From the NCBI RefSeq assembly GCF_006345805.1, contig NC_043013.1, positions 15,996,001 to 16,060,000 of the forward strand: DNA of 64,000 nt, in the 5' to 3' direction. Positions 50,701-62,740 of this stretch are shown here, piece after piece. The number at the start of each line of letters is the position of its first letter. Position 1 is the first letter of the stretch. The notes below the pieces were generated by a model that saw only the letters and a list, made by a program, of their open reading frames with translations, made no database searches and had not been told where the DNA came from. A program made the translations under genes and the position numbers. This DNA comes from Octopus sinensis (Eukaryota).

Positions 50701-51336
50701 TGTGTGTGTGTGTATGTGTGTGTGTGTGTGTGCATGGTGAGAAAATAGGTGTTTACACGTAAGTGAATATAATAGTGCATGTATGTGTGCATGTGAATGT
50801 GTATAGATATGTAGGTATATGTGCATGAATGCATAGAACTTATAAATGTGTGTGTGTGTGCTTGTTTACATGTGTCAATATATGTGTTGCTATCATTTAG
50901 TGGCAATGCGCTGTACCATGACATAGTTCCAGTTGACATTTTGGTAAACTAAGCCAATGAGAATTGGATCCCTATCCAGAGAAATACTATTCTGTTACAT
51001 GGGACATAAGTTATTGAGCCACCCTTTCTTTCAGTTGAAATCCTATACACTTGACATTAATTAAGCAATTAATCCTAATTACAATTGGCATAGTAGTGGC
51101 TTCTTTCAGTTTCCGTCTTCCAAATCCATTCACGAGGCTTTGGTCGGTCTGGAGCCATAGTAGAAGACACTTGCCCAAGGTGCGATGCAGTGGGACTGAA
51201 CCCAGAACCATGTGGTTGGTAAGCACATAGCCACTCCTGCATCTGTGTATATTTTTACATTCCTTTTTTCTCTTTATGCTCAATTTTTCACGTTATAATG
51301 TATTTCAATTTAGAGGAATTAAACTTTTATTACTGA

Positions 51337-51729
51337 CTAGCAGTATCGCCCGGTGTTGCTCGGGTTTGTAAGGGAAATAACTATATAAGCATTTTTAGAG
51401 ATGTAAAGTGTAATAGTCATCTCAATATGGCTAACCACAAAGGGGGGGGTGTTACTGCAGCTTTTTACGTTCTGAGATTTAATAATAAATTTTTAGAGAG
51501 TTACTTCCCTTATATATGCCAAAAATGCATTAAAAATGGGAAAAATTGATGGTAAATTTTTTTTTAATCGTAGACTCACCATAGACGCGCGCTAATACCC
51601 AGAAGGGCTCGATATGAATCATGACTATAAGATACCCGGTTTTGGTTAAACTGCACCACAAAATGTGGGAGTAGTTAGGAATCTAAATCGTAGGAGACAG
51701 ACACACAACTTCACTTTTATATATAAAGA
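51337..51729 (-). mobile_element. Non-autonomous Helitron (393 bp)
   Basis: Minus strand A|TCTTTATATATAAAAG ... CCCGAGCAACACCGGG-CGATACTG-CTAG|T shows 5'-TC, a subterminal GC hairpin, 3'-CTAG and an A|T target. Confidence 0.85.
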
Positions 51730-51950
51730 TTACAACCCGAATGTAAAAAATTGCAATAAATGATAAAGGAAATATTTTTTCTTATACCTGATATATATAT
51801 AGATGCTTTAACAATTATATTTCCTGGCAGGTTCCATGATACAAGTTAACTCATATCATTGGGCAAATAAAGGGTGTCTTTAGTATTACCACAACACAAT
51901 CACAATGTTAGTTCCAGACACCAGTTCCTTTTAATAATATAATAAAATAG

Positions 51951-52236
51951 GTGGAGGCACAAGGCCTAGTGGTTAGAGCAGTGGACTCGCGGTCGAGGGA
52001 TCGCGGGTTCGAATCTCAGACCAAGCGATGTCTGTGTTTATGAGCAAAAACACCTAAGCTCCACACGGTTCCAGCAGAAGGTGATGGTAAACTTCTGCTG
52101 ACTCTTTCGCCACAACTTTCTCTCACTCTTTCTTCCTGCATCTTGCTGCTCACCTGCGACGGACTGGCGTCCCATCCAGGTGGGGAACCTATTCGCCAAG
52201 GAAACCGGGAAACTAGCCCTTATGAGCCAGGCATGG
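51951..52236 (+). mobile_element. tRNA-headed SINE family F (family D head, V-SINE-like 3' part)
   Basis: gtggaggcacaaggcctagtggttagagcagtggactcgcggtcgagggatcgcgggttcgaatctc ... cctgcgacggactggcgtcccatccagg. Confidence 0.75.
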
Positions 52237-52991
52237 AAGGAACAAAGAAACAACAATTAAATAGACCTCTACGAGTATGCTCATACCTGGCAAAATTGTA
52301 ATACTTGCCAGGTATGAGATAATTCATAGTTGGCAATCAACAGTGTTAAACGATGATGATAATGACGATGATGATGAATGCAAATGTAATTATTATCTTG
52401 TATATTACGCTCTTTATATGTAATAATAGAATTATATATTATACCTTTTACTGTGTTTTGTTATGTGCATGGTTCCCCCAATCCATGGAAAAATTGTCCT
52501 GTATAAACCCACTGTGGGGCAAAACAGGTAGGTGATTGTGATTCTCCAATAATTGACTCACAGACCTACTGTGTCTCTTCTCTCTGACACTTCTACTGAT
52601 ACTCTTGTGACCTCTGCTCATCATATTAAATTAATCTCTCCACCCCCCCCCCCCACCATTTTATGACGGAGATGATGGCTCAAGCTGCGAGAAATAAGAG
52701 CCAAAAAAAGCAGGGCACATCAGATAAAAGATAAATGCAAGGGAGATAACACTTCCTAAATATTATAGAGTTATCTCCCTTAACTTAATTTACCTGCGGC
52801 AGGAACAAGATGGTTTTAAAAAGCCTACAAAAATTAACAAGTAGTTTATTTTCAGTGATCTAATTTATAGAGCTCACTTTTTCTTGGATCCCTTTTTTTT
52901 GTCATCATTTTTAGTTTATAACGGTTTCTATAAACTTCCAAAAGTCCAGAATTACCAAAAGACCGGCTATCTTATATAAATATCTTATATA

Positions 52992-53872
52992 AAGTTTCAA
53001 GCTTTATACTATCAGCATGCAAAACTGAATGCAATACCCAATGAATACACTGGACCCGGAGGGATTGCAATCCCAGAGGCACAATCAGTGCGTGACCTGG
53101 GTATTCACATGAGTGATGACGCGACCTTTCATGTACATGTTGCTAAACTGACAATGAAATGCAGACGGCTGGCTGGATGGATTCTTAGAACCTTTAGAAC
53201 AAGAGAACAAGAAACCATGATGGTCCTCTGGAAGACACTTGTCCTAAGCCACTTTGACTATTGCTCTCAGCTATGGTCACTATCCAGTGTCAAGTTGATC
53301 ACAGAACTTGAGGCGATCCAACGAAGCTACACGAAGAAGATAGCCTCTGTGCAGCATACGAGCTACTGGGAGAGACTCAAGAGATTAAAGCTCTATTCCC
53401 TGGAGCGTAGGCGAGAAAGATATGCCATAATATATATCTGGAAGATCCTGGAAGGTCTTGTCCCAGACTTTGGCATCGAGAGTCACACAAACGCCAGAAC
53501 CGGACGCCACTGCGTAGTACCAAGGACTCCAAATTTGCCATCAAGATGTAGGACAAGATATTGTGATAGCCTGGGCTTCAGAGGCCCACGGCTCTTCAAT
53601 GTCCTCCCGAAGAACCTGAGGGACCTGCATGGTGTAGATGCGGATGTCTTTAAAGTAGGACTGGATCTCTTCCTGTCAGGTGTCCCGGATGAACCAACTT
53701 CACGGCAGGAGGTGCAGATGAGGGCAGCTGCATCGAACTCTCTCATGCATCAGATGGCGTTTGCTAAAAAGCATCCGTGAGGTAAACCTGTGTAGCAAAC
53801 CAAATGGCGGTGCCCCAGCATGGCCACAGCTCATTAGCTGAAACTGGAAAAATCAAAATCAAAATCAAAATC
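52992..53872 (+). mobile_element. 5'-truncated CR1-group LINE (ORF2 C-terminus, stem-loop 3' end, (AAAATC)n tail)
   Basis: Open frame 52992-53780: KFQALYY...VRDLGIHMSDD.TF..H...ILRTFRTR...LWKTLVLSHFDYCSQLW...LEAIQR...SYWERLK.L.LYSLERRRERY.IIY.WK...FN.LP. Confidence 0.9.
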
Positions 53873-53886
53873 ATATATATATATCT

Positions 53887-54245
53887 TACTTGTTTCAGTC
53901 ATTTGACTGCAGTCATGCTGGGAGACCATCTTAAAGTGCTTTTAATCAAATAAATGGACCCCCAGGACTAATTTTTTTTAAGCCTAGCACTTATTCGATC
54001 AGTTTCTTTTGTTGAACCGTAAATGTAAACACCAACATCGGTTATCAACTGGTGGTGGGAGACAAACACACACACACACGCACACATGATGGGCTTCTTT
54101 CAGTTTCTGTCTACCAATCCACTCACAAGGCTTCGGTTGGCCCGAGGCTATAGTAGAAGACAGTTGCCCAAGGTGCCATGCAGTGGGACTGAACCTGGAG
54201 CCATGTGTTTCATAAGCAAGCTTCTTACCACACGGTCATGCCTGC
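53887..54245 (-). mobile_element. SINE family B, diverged
   Basis: Consensus match. Confidence 0.8.
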
Positions 54246-54829
54246 ACTTGTGTGTGTGTGTGTGATACACACACGCACACACATATATACACATTTTGCG
54301 AACCCCCTTCTTCTCCTTCATTGTGGCTCTTTATGCTACGGTGGCCTCAAGCTTTGTCTGAGACAAAATTGTATAAAAAAAACAAAAACAATTTCTTTTG
54401 ACATTATTGACCACAGATTGATAAAAAGTAAAGTTGATTCCAGCAGGATTTGAAACTCAGAACACGGAGAAGTAGTGAAAGTAAAGATTGGAATAGCTAA
54501 CCTGGGGCTCCGGTGATTCTGTCGAATCAGAACCAGCTGAAATTGAATGAGCCAAGGGTAAGGAGTACTGGCCAAGATAGCAATGAGATTTCAATCCTTG
54601 GTTAAAGCCAATTGATATTTATGAAATAAATATTGGAAAGGCATGATCATCACAGCTCATTCGTCTTTATCTACAATTCAGATCTTGACATTTAAGCAAA
54701 AATGAAAATAAACATTTTTCAAAGAAGTAAAAACACAGATAAAAGTTGTTTTTATTTTACTAATTAATATTTTAAATATTTTTACAAATGAATTTAAATG
54801 GGATGTGAAAAGAAATGTTGATAGATGAG

Positions 54830-55156
54830 GTGATCAATGCAATAGATAATCAATATATGTAGTGATCAATAATATAGTAAGTGACTAACAACTGAGGGAT
54901 CAATATATTAATGTCATCAATACAAAGGATGACAATAAGAATCAATATCTCAGTGTGATCAATATGTCAACATGATCAATAAACAAGATGATCAAAATAT
55001 TAGGGCAATCAATACATTGAGACAACCAATACATGAAGGCAATCAATACATTATAGTAACCAATAAAAATCAATACATTAAGGTGGTCAATAAATTTTAG
55101 AATAATCAATAATGACCAATACAATAAGATGATCAATATGTTATGGCAATCAATAA
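54830..55156 (+). repeat. Phased array of the ATCAATA core with about 17-bp period and variable spacers
   Basis: 14 exact ATCAAT plus about 6 one-mismatch variants, all on the same strand. Confidence 0.8.
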
Positions 55157-55259
55157 ATTGAAGTGATTAAGAGATGGGAAGAATAATTGAACTCTTCAAC
55201 AGTTTGTCAGGCATTTGTAATATTTTGACTGGTCATATCTTGTTCTATAGCAACAAATT

Positions 55260-55610
55260 GGCTTCCATGCCGCTGGCCTTACTGGCACTTGTGCTGGTGG
55301 CACGTGAAAAAACATTTGAGCGAGGTCGTTGCCAGTGCAGCTGGACTGTGCAGGTGGCACATAAAAGGCACCATTTGAGCATGGCCATTGCCAGTACCAC
55401 CTGACTGGTCCTCGTGCCAGTGGCAAGTAAAAGCACCCACTACACTTTCAGAGTGGTTGGTGTTAGGAAGGGCATCCAGCTGTAGAAACTCTGCCAGATC
55501 AGATTGGAGCCAGGTTCAGCCATCTGGTTCACCAATCCTCCGTGAAATCATCCAACCCAAGCTAGCATGGAAAGCAGATGTTAAACGATGATAATGATAA
55601 TGATGATGAT
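55260..55610 (+). mobile_element. RTE-LINE 3' UTR fragment
   Basis: Variant array units, terminal consensus and (GAT)n. Confidence 0.82.
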
Positions 55611-56227
55611 AGCTGGTTTAAATGCTAGAGGATTAAATTTAACAGCTGTTAACACTAATCTTCTGTTTAGAGAACATTCCACCATTTGTAATGACAATTA
55701 TCAAATTGAAAATGTCTGTTATTTGATCTTATTTTATCAGCATCTCAACAGAAGAATAAATAAAATATTTTGAAACAGCACATGGCAAAAATAAGTACTA
55801 CCAGAATAAGCTTAATTAGCCACATGATGTTTGCAAAAAGTAGTAAAAAGTGAATTAATAGATTTAGTCTCTTTGCTGCAGAATTGACATATCCACTCAG
55901 CGTTTCATGACCCTTAATCACAGAAAGCAGTTTTATACTCCAATTGATGTTTAATTGAGGAATGCCATGTTTGAAATTATTTTTGTTGAGATATGTCAAG
56001 TCTATTGGGGCAACAAGACTTGCAGAAAATACGGATTCTGTTCTTTTAGAAGATATCTTTTATTTTGTACTTGCTTCAGTCACTGAACTTGCAGCCATAC
56101 TGGGTCACTGCCTTGAAGGGCTTTACTTAAATGAATCGACTCCAATACATTTTTTGAAGTCTAGTATTGCTCTCTTATGCTGAATTACTAAGCTATGGGG
56201 ATGTAAACAAACCAATACTCATTATCC

Positions 56228-56702
56228 TGTGCCAGTGGCACGTAAAAAGCACCATCCGAACGTGGCCGATGCCAGCGCCACCTTGACTGGCTTCTGTGCC
56301 AATGGCACATGACCTGCTGTGCTTGAGGAGACCTATTGAGTCAAGTACATCAACATCAAAATAAATATTAAATGGAAATCATAGTTGTGATACCTGTGCT
56401 GGTGGCATGTAAAAAGCACCATCCAAATGTGGCCGATGCCAGCACCTCCTTAACTGGCTTCTGTGTCAGTGGCACATAAAAAGCACCAACTGATCATGAC
56501 CGCTGCCAACCTCCGGTGGCACATAAAAAGCACCCACTACACTCATGGAGTGGTTGGCATTAGGAGGGGCATCCAGCTGTAGAAACACTGCCAGATCAGA
56601 CTGGAGCCTGGTGCAGCCTCCTAGCTTCCCAGACCCCGCTCGAACCGTCCAACCCATGCTAGCACGGAAAACGGATGTTAAACAATGATGATGATGATGA
56701 TG
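56228..56702 (+). mobile_element. RTE-LINE 3' UTR fragment
   Basis: Variant array units, terminal consensus and (GAT)n. Confidence 0.82.
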
Positions 56703-57189
56703 GTAAGGGACAAAAATAAACTACACACACACAAACATATATATAATTATGGGCTTTTTTTCAGTTTCGGTCTACCAAATCTATTCACACGGCTTTGGTC
56801 AGCCAAGGGTTATAGCAGAAGATATTTTCCCAAGGACTGAACCTGGAATCGTGTGATTGGAAACATAGTTCTTACCAGATAACCGCACCCATACCTGTAT
56901 TGAACATCATTACTGAAATAACCATAAAATTTAATTTCACTGTGAAAGAGTTAATAAAACCTGACCATTTTCCAGCAAATAGCTAAATTTTTTCACTTTA
57001 AGTCATATATAAAAGTTAATACTGAACCATAAAAAAAGTTTCTTTAATATCATTCCTGCAAATTTAAAAACATACAAAGAATATTAAAGAAAAAGAAGCA
57101 ATGTTCTGACTTCATTTTATTACAAGTTTCAAATAAATTTACAGTAAACATGTTTGCTGTCTATATTGACAAGTACACTAAGAATATAA

Positions 57190-57878
57190 TTCTTTCTGCT
57201 ACAGGTACAAGGCCTGAAAGTTTGGGGCAGGGAACAAGTCAGTTTCGTCAACTGGTATCTGTCCTATGGACCCTAAATAGATGACAGGCAAAGTTGAGCT
57301 TGGTGGAATTTGAATGCAGAGATTAAAGACAGGCGAAATACCTGTTTCTTTACTACCCACAAGGGGCTAAACACAGAAAGGACAAACAAGGACAGACAAA
57401 CGGATTAAGTCGATTATATCGACCCCAGTGCGTAACTGGTACTTATTTAATCGACCCCGAAAAGATGAAAGGCAAAGTTGACCTCGGCGGAATTTGAACT
57501 CAACGTAACGGCAGATGAAATACGGCTACGCATTTCACCCAGCGTGGTAACGGTTCTGCCAGCTCGCTGCCAGATGAAATACTACCAAACATGATGCTCG
57601 GCATGTTAACTACTCTGCCAGCTTGCTGCCTTAGGATGGAACATAATAATAATGGCATCAAATCTTGGTGCAAAGCAAGTGATTTTAGGAGCAACGGTAA
57701 GTTGATTACTTCAACCCCAGCACTTGACTGCTACTTTATTTTATCAATTCCAATAGTTTGAAAGGCAAAGTTAACCTCAGCAGGATTTGAACTCAGAAGC
57801 TAAAGGGCCAGAAGAAATGCCATAAAGCATTTTTGTCCTGAGTAGCTGTTATTCTGCCACCACACAGCCTTGATGATT

Positions 57879-57910
<32 letters not shown>

Positions 57911-58135
57911 CCTTTCTACTGTAGGCACAAGGCCTGAAATTTGGGGGAAGAGATTAAGTCGATTAAATAAGTACCAGTTACGCACTGGGGTTAATGTAAT
58001 CGACTTAATCCCTTCCCCCAGTACATAACTGGTACTTATTTAATCAACACTTAAAGGATGAAAGGCAAAGTCGACCTCAGCAGAATTTGAACTCTGAACA
58101 TAGCAACAAATGAAATACTGCTAAGCATTTTGCCT
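57190..58135 (-). mobile_element. Cluster of SINE family A copies
   Basis: Copies at about 57190-57330, 57342-57570, 57650-57870 and 57915-58135 (the last with an internal inversion). Confidence 0.8.
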
Positions 58136-58142
58136 GGTGATG

Positions 58143-58180
<38 letters not shown>

Positions 58181-58182
<2 letters not shown>

Positions 58183-58507
58183 CAGTGATCGTAGGAGCAC
58201 TAGGAATGATCAAGAAGGGAACCGAAAATTATATGAGAATGATCCCTGGCTTACCATCCCTGCAAGAAGTGCAAAAGATTGTCTTAACTGGTACATCACA
58301 CGTATTGAGAAGAGCATTGTCGATGTGAGAACTGTTGCTGCTCATGTATTTTAATTTAACTTAAAAAAAAAAAAAAAAAAAAAAAATGAACGAACTACTG
58401 AGTTTGCTTTAATGGCCTACCAATATACACTATGAGTTTCTTTGCCCTAGGAGTCGGGAAGACACTCGGCAAGAAATGGAAGAAAATTTGAAAGAAGAAA
58501 AAAAAAA

Positions 58508-58509
<2 letters not shown>
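58181..58509 (+). mobile_element. R4/Dong-like RLE retrotransposon 3' end inserted in (TAA)n
   Basis: PVIVGALGMIKKGTENYMRMIPGLPSLQEVQKIVLTGTSHVLRRALSM* plus a 3' UTR, with (TAA)n on both sides. Confidence 0.75.
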
Positions 58510-58547
<38 letters not shown>

Positions 58548-58548
<1 letters not shown>

Positions 58549-58785
58549 CCTTTCTACTATAGGCACAAGGCCTGAAATTTGGGGGAAGGGATTAAGTTGA
58601 TTACATCGAGGGGACGAGTCAATTACATTGACCCCAATGCTCTACTGGTACTTATTTTATCGACCCTGAAAAGGATAAAAGATAAAGTCAGCCTTGGTAG
58701 AATTTGAACCCAGAACATAAAGACAGAAAACATGCCATGAAGCATTTTGTCCAGTGTGCAAACAATTCTGCCAACTCACTACCTT
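58548..58785 (-). mobile_element. SINE family A (alternative tail)
   Basis: Consensus core. Confidence 0.75.
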
Positions 58786-60029
58786 AATAATAATAATAAT
58801 GATAATAATAATAATAATAATGGTTTCTGCTTTTGGCACAAGGCCACCATCTTTGAGTGGGTGGAGTAAGTCAATAACATTGACTAATTCTTGACTGGTA
58901 TTTTTCAACCCTGAAAGGATAAAAGGTAAAAGTGGGATTTGATCTTAGAACAATACCAGTCAAGAATTAGTCAAGACTTACTTGGGAGAGAGGAGGGACA
59001 CAGAGGAAGTGAGAGAGAAAGAGAGGAAGTGAGAGAGACAGTAGATATATAGATGAATAGAAAAATTGGTACATAGATATGTAGATTGCAGTATTCTACC
59101 TATGGGACATTGCAGACTCTTTTCTCTTATCTGTTGCTCTTTCAGCAATTGATACTCCAACAAAACATCTATACAGTCGCCCGACTTGTGACAAATAGCA
59201 ACCAAACCTCCTTCAGATGATACCCTCCTATGTTAGTGTATCTGGCGAAGGGGGGTTTGGGAGAGGACTTGGAAAATTCACTTGCCCAAGGTACCATGCA
59301 GTGGGACTGAAACTGGAACCGTGTGTGGTTGGGAAGAATATCCATTTTCTTGAGGGAAAAAAAATCAGATCGTGTGAATTGTCCTGTTTGCCAGTGCCCA
59401 TTTTTTATTTCTTATAATCGTTTACCACACATTATTTCACACCTATTGCACTTTTTCTTCTTTTTGTTTTTTTATTTTGGTGGCCAGGTGTTGAAGTCGG
59501 GTTACTGGATCGTGTGAATTATCCAAGTCCACCCCCCTGTTATAAAAGTTTGAGAAAAAAATAGAGTACTCGGTGTAAAATAATGTGTAGTGAATGAATA
59601 TGAAGAAAAAAAATTGCACCGACAAATGGGGAAATATTGAGAGGGCTCGGAACACTCCCAATAGGAATTTTCCAAGTCGCCTTCCCACTCCCCTCGTTCA
59701 CCAGCATGCATTTTTGTTTTCATATTTGTTTACTACATGTTGTTTTACACCTATTACACTATTTTTTTTTTTCATTTTATTTTTTGCACAAGTCAAACAC
59801 TGGAGGTTAACCAGCGAAGTCAGCAATGGTGGAATTTGAACTCAGAACATTAAGATAGATGAAATGCAGTTAAGCATTTTGCCTGGCATGCTAATGATTC
59901 TACCAGCTTGCTACCTTATTCTCTGTAATAATAATAATAGTATGAATAAATAAATAAGTGAATAAAAGATATTTTCTAATTGTAACACACTAGTATGATA
60001 ACAATATGGAGAACTGCTTTTGTTTTTAT

Positions 60030-60695
60030 GCTGTGAGTGAGAAGACCTGGCAAGCCAAATGAGACCATAATCTCGTGGCTTATGCCAGGGGCATAACCAG
60101 CCCACTTATGCATACCTTTTTCTTCTTTGGACACTAAAACTCTGCTTGTGAAAACCTGTTGAGGCAAGCGAAATCAAAAATCAAAATCAAATTCGATGAC
60201 TGACGTCCATGCTAGCAGGATGCAAAGAGCACCATATGAGTGTGATCATTGACAGAGCGGCTAACCGGCTTCCATGCCAGTGGCACTTAAAAGGCACCAT
60301 TCGAGCGTAATTGTTACCAGCATCGCCTTACTGGTCAATTGTGATCATTGCCAGAGCGGCTATCTGGCATCCGTGCCGGTGGCACGTAAAAGACACCATT
60401 CGAGCGTGATTGTTACCAGCATCCTCTTACTGGCACCTGTGCTGGTGACATATGTAAAAGATTCGAGGGAGGTCATTGCCAGTACCACCTGACTGGCCCT
60501 GTGCCAGTGGCACATAAAAGCACCCACTACACTCTCAGAGTGGTTGGTGTTAGGAAGGGCATCCAGCTGTAGAAACTCTGCCAGATCAAGATTGAAGCCT
60601 GGTGCAGCCATCTGGTTTACCAGCCCTCAGTCATTCATCCAACCCATGCTAGCATGGAAAGCGGACGTTAAACGATGATGATGATGATGATGATA
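60030..60695 (+). mobile_element. RTE-LINE complete 3' UTR (different subfamily)
   Basis: Starts at the ORF-end segment gagaagacctggcaagcc...gagaccataa, homologous to 48240-48410, then variant units and (GAT)n. Confidence 0.85.
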
Positions 60696-61967
60696 ATGAG
60701 AATGGGTAATAAAATTCGGCAAAATATTAACTTTATTTTCCCTTACATATGATGCTATTTATAGAGTACAAGGAGACAGACTGACACACGTATATAGACA
60801 TAAAACAGACAGACAGAAAATGTAATAAGAAATCCATTATCCAAAATTTAAATGACTCTTTGAAATGCAAAATTCACTCCTTCAACCAATTTTCCAAAAT
60901 AAAAAAAATTGGCCAAAAATAAAATTGATTGAAAAATTTCAAAGAAAAGAGATCTGATTTAAAAAAAAAAAGAAAAGACAAAAGCAGTTTTCCTCTTTTT
61001 TTGTCTTAAACCAGTCAGAGTTTATTAAATATTAAATCCAGTTTAATCACAATATATTTTTCATATCTTTATCTATTAGTTTTATATATTTTCATAGGCA
61101 TAGGAGTGGCTGTGTGGTAAGTAGCTTGCTTACGAACTGCATGGTTCCGGGTCCAGTCCCACCGTGAGGCACCTTGGGCAAGTGTCTTCTACTCTGTGCA
61201 TGCATAGCAGAGTTCAAGGTCAATCTGTGCCAAGCGGCTTCACTCTGCGTGCTTTAGTTTCGTTACTATGGCAACAGTCTGAATATTTATTGATCAGGCC
61301 ATATATGTATACATGTATGTTGCAGTTTCTGAAAATCTTGAATAAAATATGAAACTATTTGTTTCCATGAAATAAGTAAAGTAGTTCATATATTCCAATA
61401 CGGTTGTCTTAAGAATTGTCTTTTAATAACAACACAACTCATTGCAGAACTTGAATATTTTGTCTTTTAATAACCAAAATAAAAAAAAAGAAAATACTCA
61501 CACACACACACCAGAACTTTAAATTTGAGAAGTTGACTAAAACCATTGTCCAGTTTAACACCACCACCACCTCTACTGCCACCTGACTGTTGGGAACCTT
61601 TAGCAGGGTCCATTTTATTGCAAACCTTTAAACCAGAAGTCAGGTCTAAGAATAATTCAATACTTTAATGAAAGACTTCCTATTTCAAGTACCCACCAGT
61701 CATGATTTTGTCTCCATTTTCCGGCCCCTACTCTTGAGGGGACTGCAAAAGGACAAAGGTGCTGTCTGTCCATTCTTTCACTAAATTACTAAGTGATGTG
61801 CTGAAATTCTTAGGAAATGAAATATTGGTTTTAAGGTACTAAATTCTGATCAGAAAACTTCATTTCCAACACCAAAATATGAATGTATGGTTTGTAATTT
61901 AAGTGAGAATTCCATCACTTTTTTTTTTCAGAAACAAATAAACAAATATTGAAATAATAATTACAAA

Positions 61968-62179
61968 CCTTTCTACTATAGGCAAAGAACTTAGTTTTGG
62001 GGGGAGGAGACTAGTAAATTACATTGACGCACCAGTGTTTCACTGGTACTTAATTTATCAACCACGAAAGGATGAAGGCAAAGTTGTCCTGGGCAGAATT
62101 TGAACTCAAAATGCAAAGATGGATGAAATACCGCTAAGCATGTTGTCTAGCATGCTAATGAGTCTGCCACCTTGTCACC

Positions 62180-62182
<3 letters not shown>
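61968..62182 (-). mobile_element. SINE family A, diverged
   Basis: Consensus core. Confidence 0.75.
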
Positions 62183-62226
<44 letters not shown>

Positions 62227-62289
62227 TATTATCATTACTATAATTATTTCTATATTATTATATTTTAAAAGGATTGCTGTGACTCCTCA

Positions 62290-62740
62290 TAAAGGTAAAT
62301 ATACAATACAACGAGTGTAATGCGATTGCAATAGATATCTTATTAGTTTGAACAATATTTCGAAAGCTTGCCCATCTTTGTCGAGTTCAAAATGAAAAGT
62401 GATACATAGAAATTCAAAATTATAGAGATTTCCATTTGGTGTATGCAGCATAAGGCACCAAACACAACTTGATTTATGTTGGCTATACAGAACAATTAAA
62501 CAATTAAACAAAAGATCCAGTGGGCACAGATATGACACTGGGCACAATAACAGTAGTTCGATAGAACTTGCCAAACATTTTACCTTCAAATGGCTGCAAT
62601 TTTGAAAAAGACTTGAAAGTGCATATTCTCAGAAAATATTCTGAATCTGCTACACTTTCAGTACTCAAAAGGCATGAGGAGAAATATGTTTGTGAGTTAT
62701 TAACACTGAGATCGATGTTACCAACTAGTCCCCCACCAAA
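62290..62740 (+). mobile_element. Degenerate Penelope-like GIY-YIG endonuclease fragment
   Basis: Frameshifted YAA..KHNLIYVGYT.Q / LNKRSSGHRYD / LAKHF..NGCNFEKDLKVHIL.K...LKRHEEKY.C.L.T, with an upstream Cys-rich segment. Confidence 0.65.

Noticed and set aside
52739-52781. 12-bp perfect hairpin aagggagataac/gttatctccctt
   Set aside because: Short and probably part of a dispersed repeat; not informative alone.
59251-59693. Approximately 29-bp imperfect inverted repeats plus a 13-bp direct repeat (gatcgtgtgaatt)
   Set aside because: No TSD or coherent element boundaries could be established.
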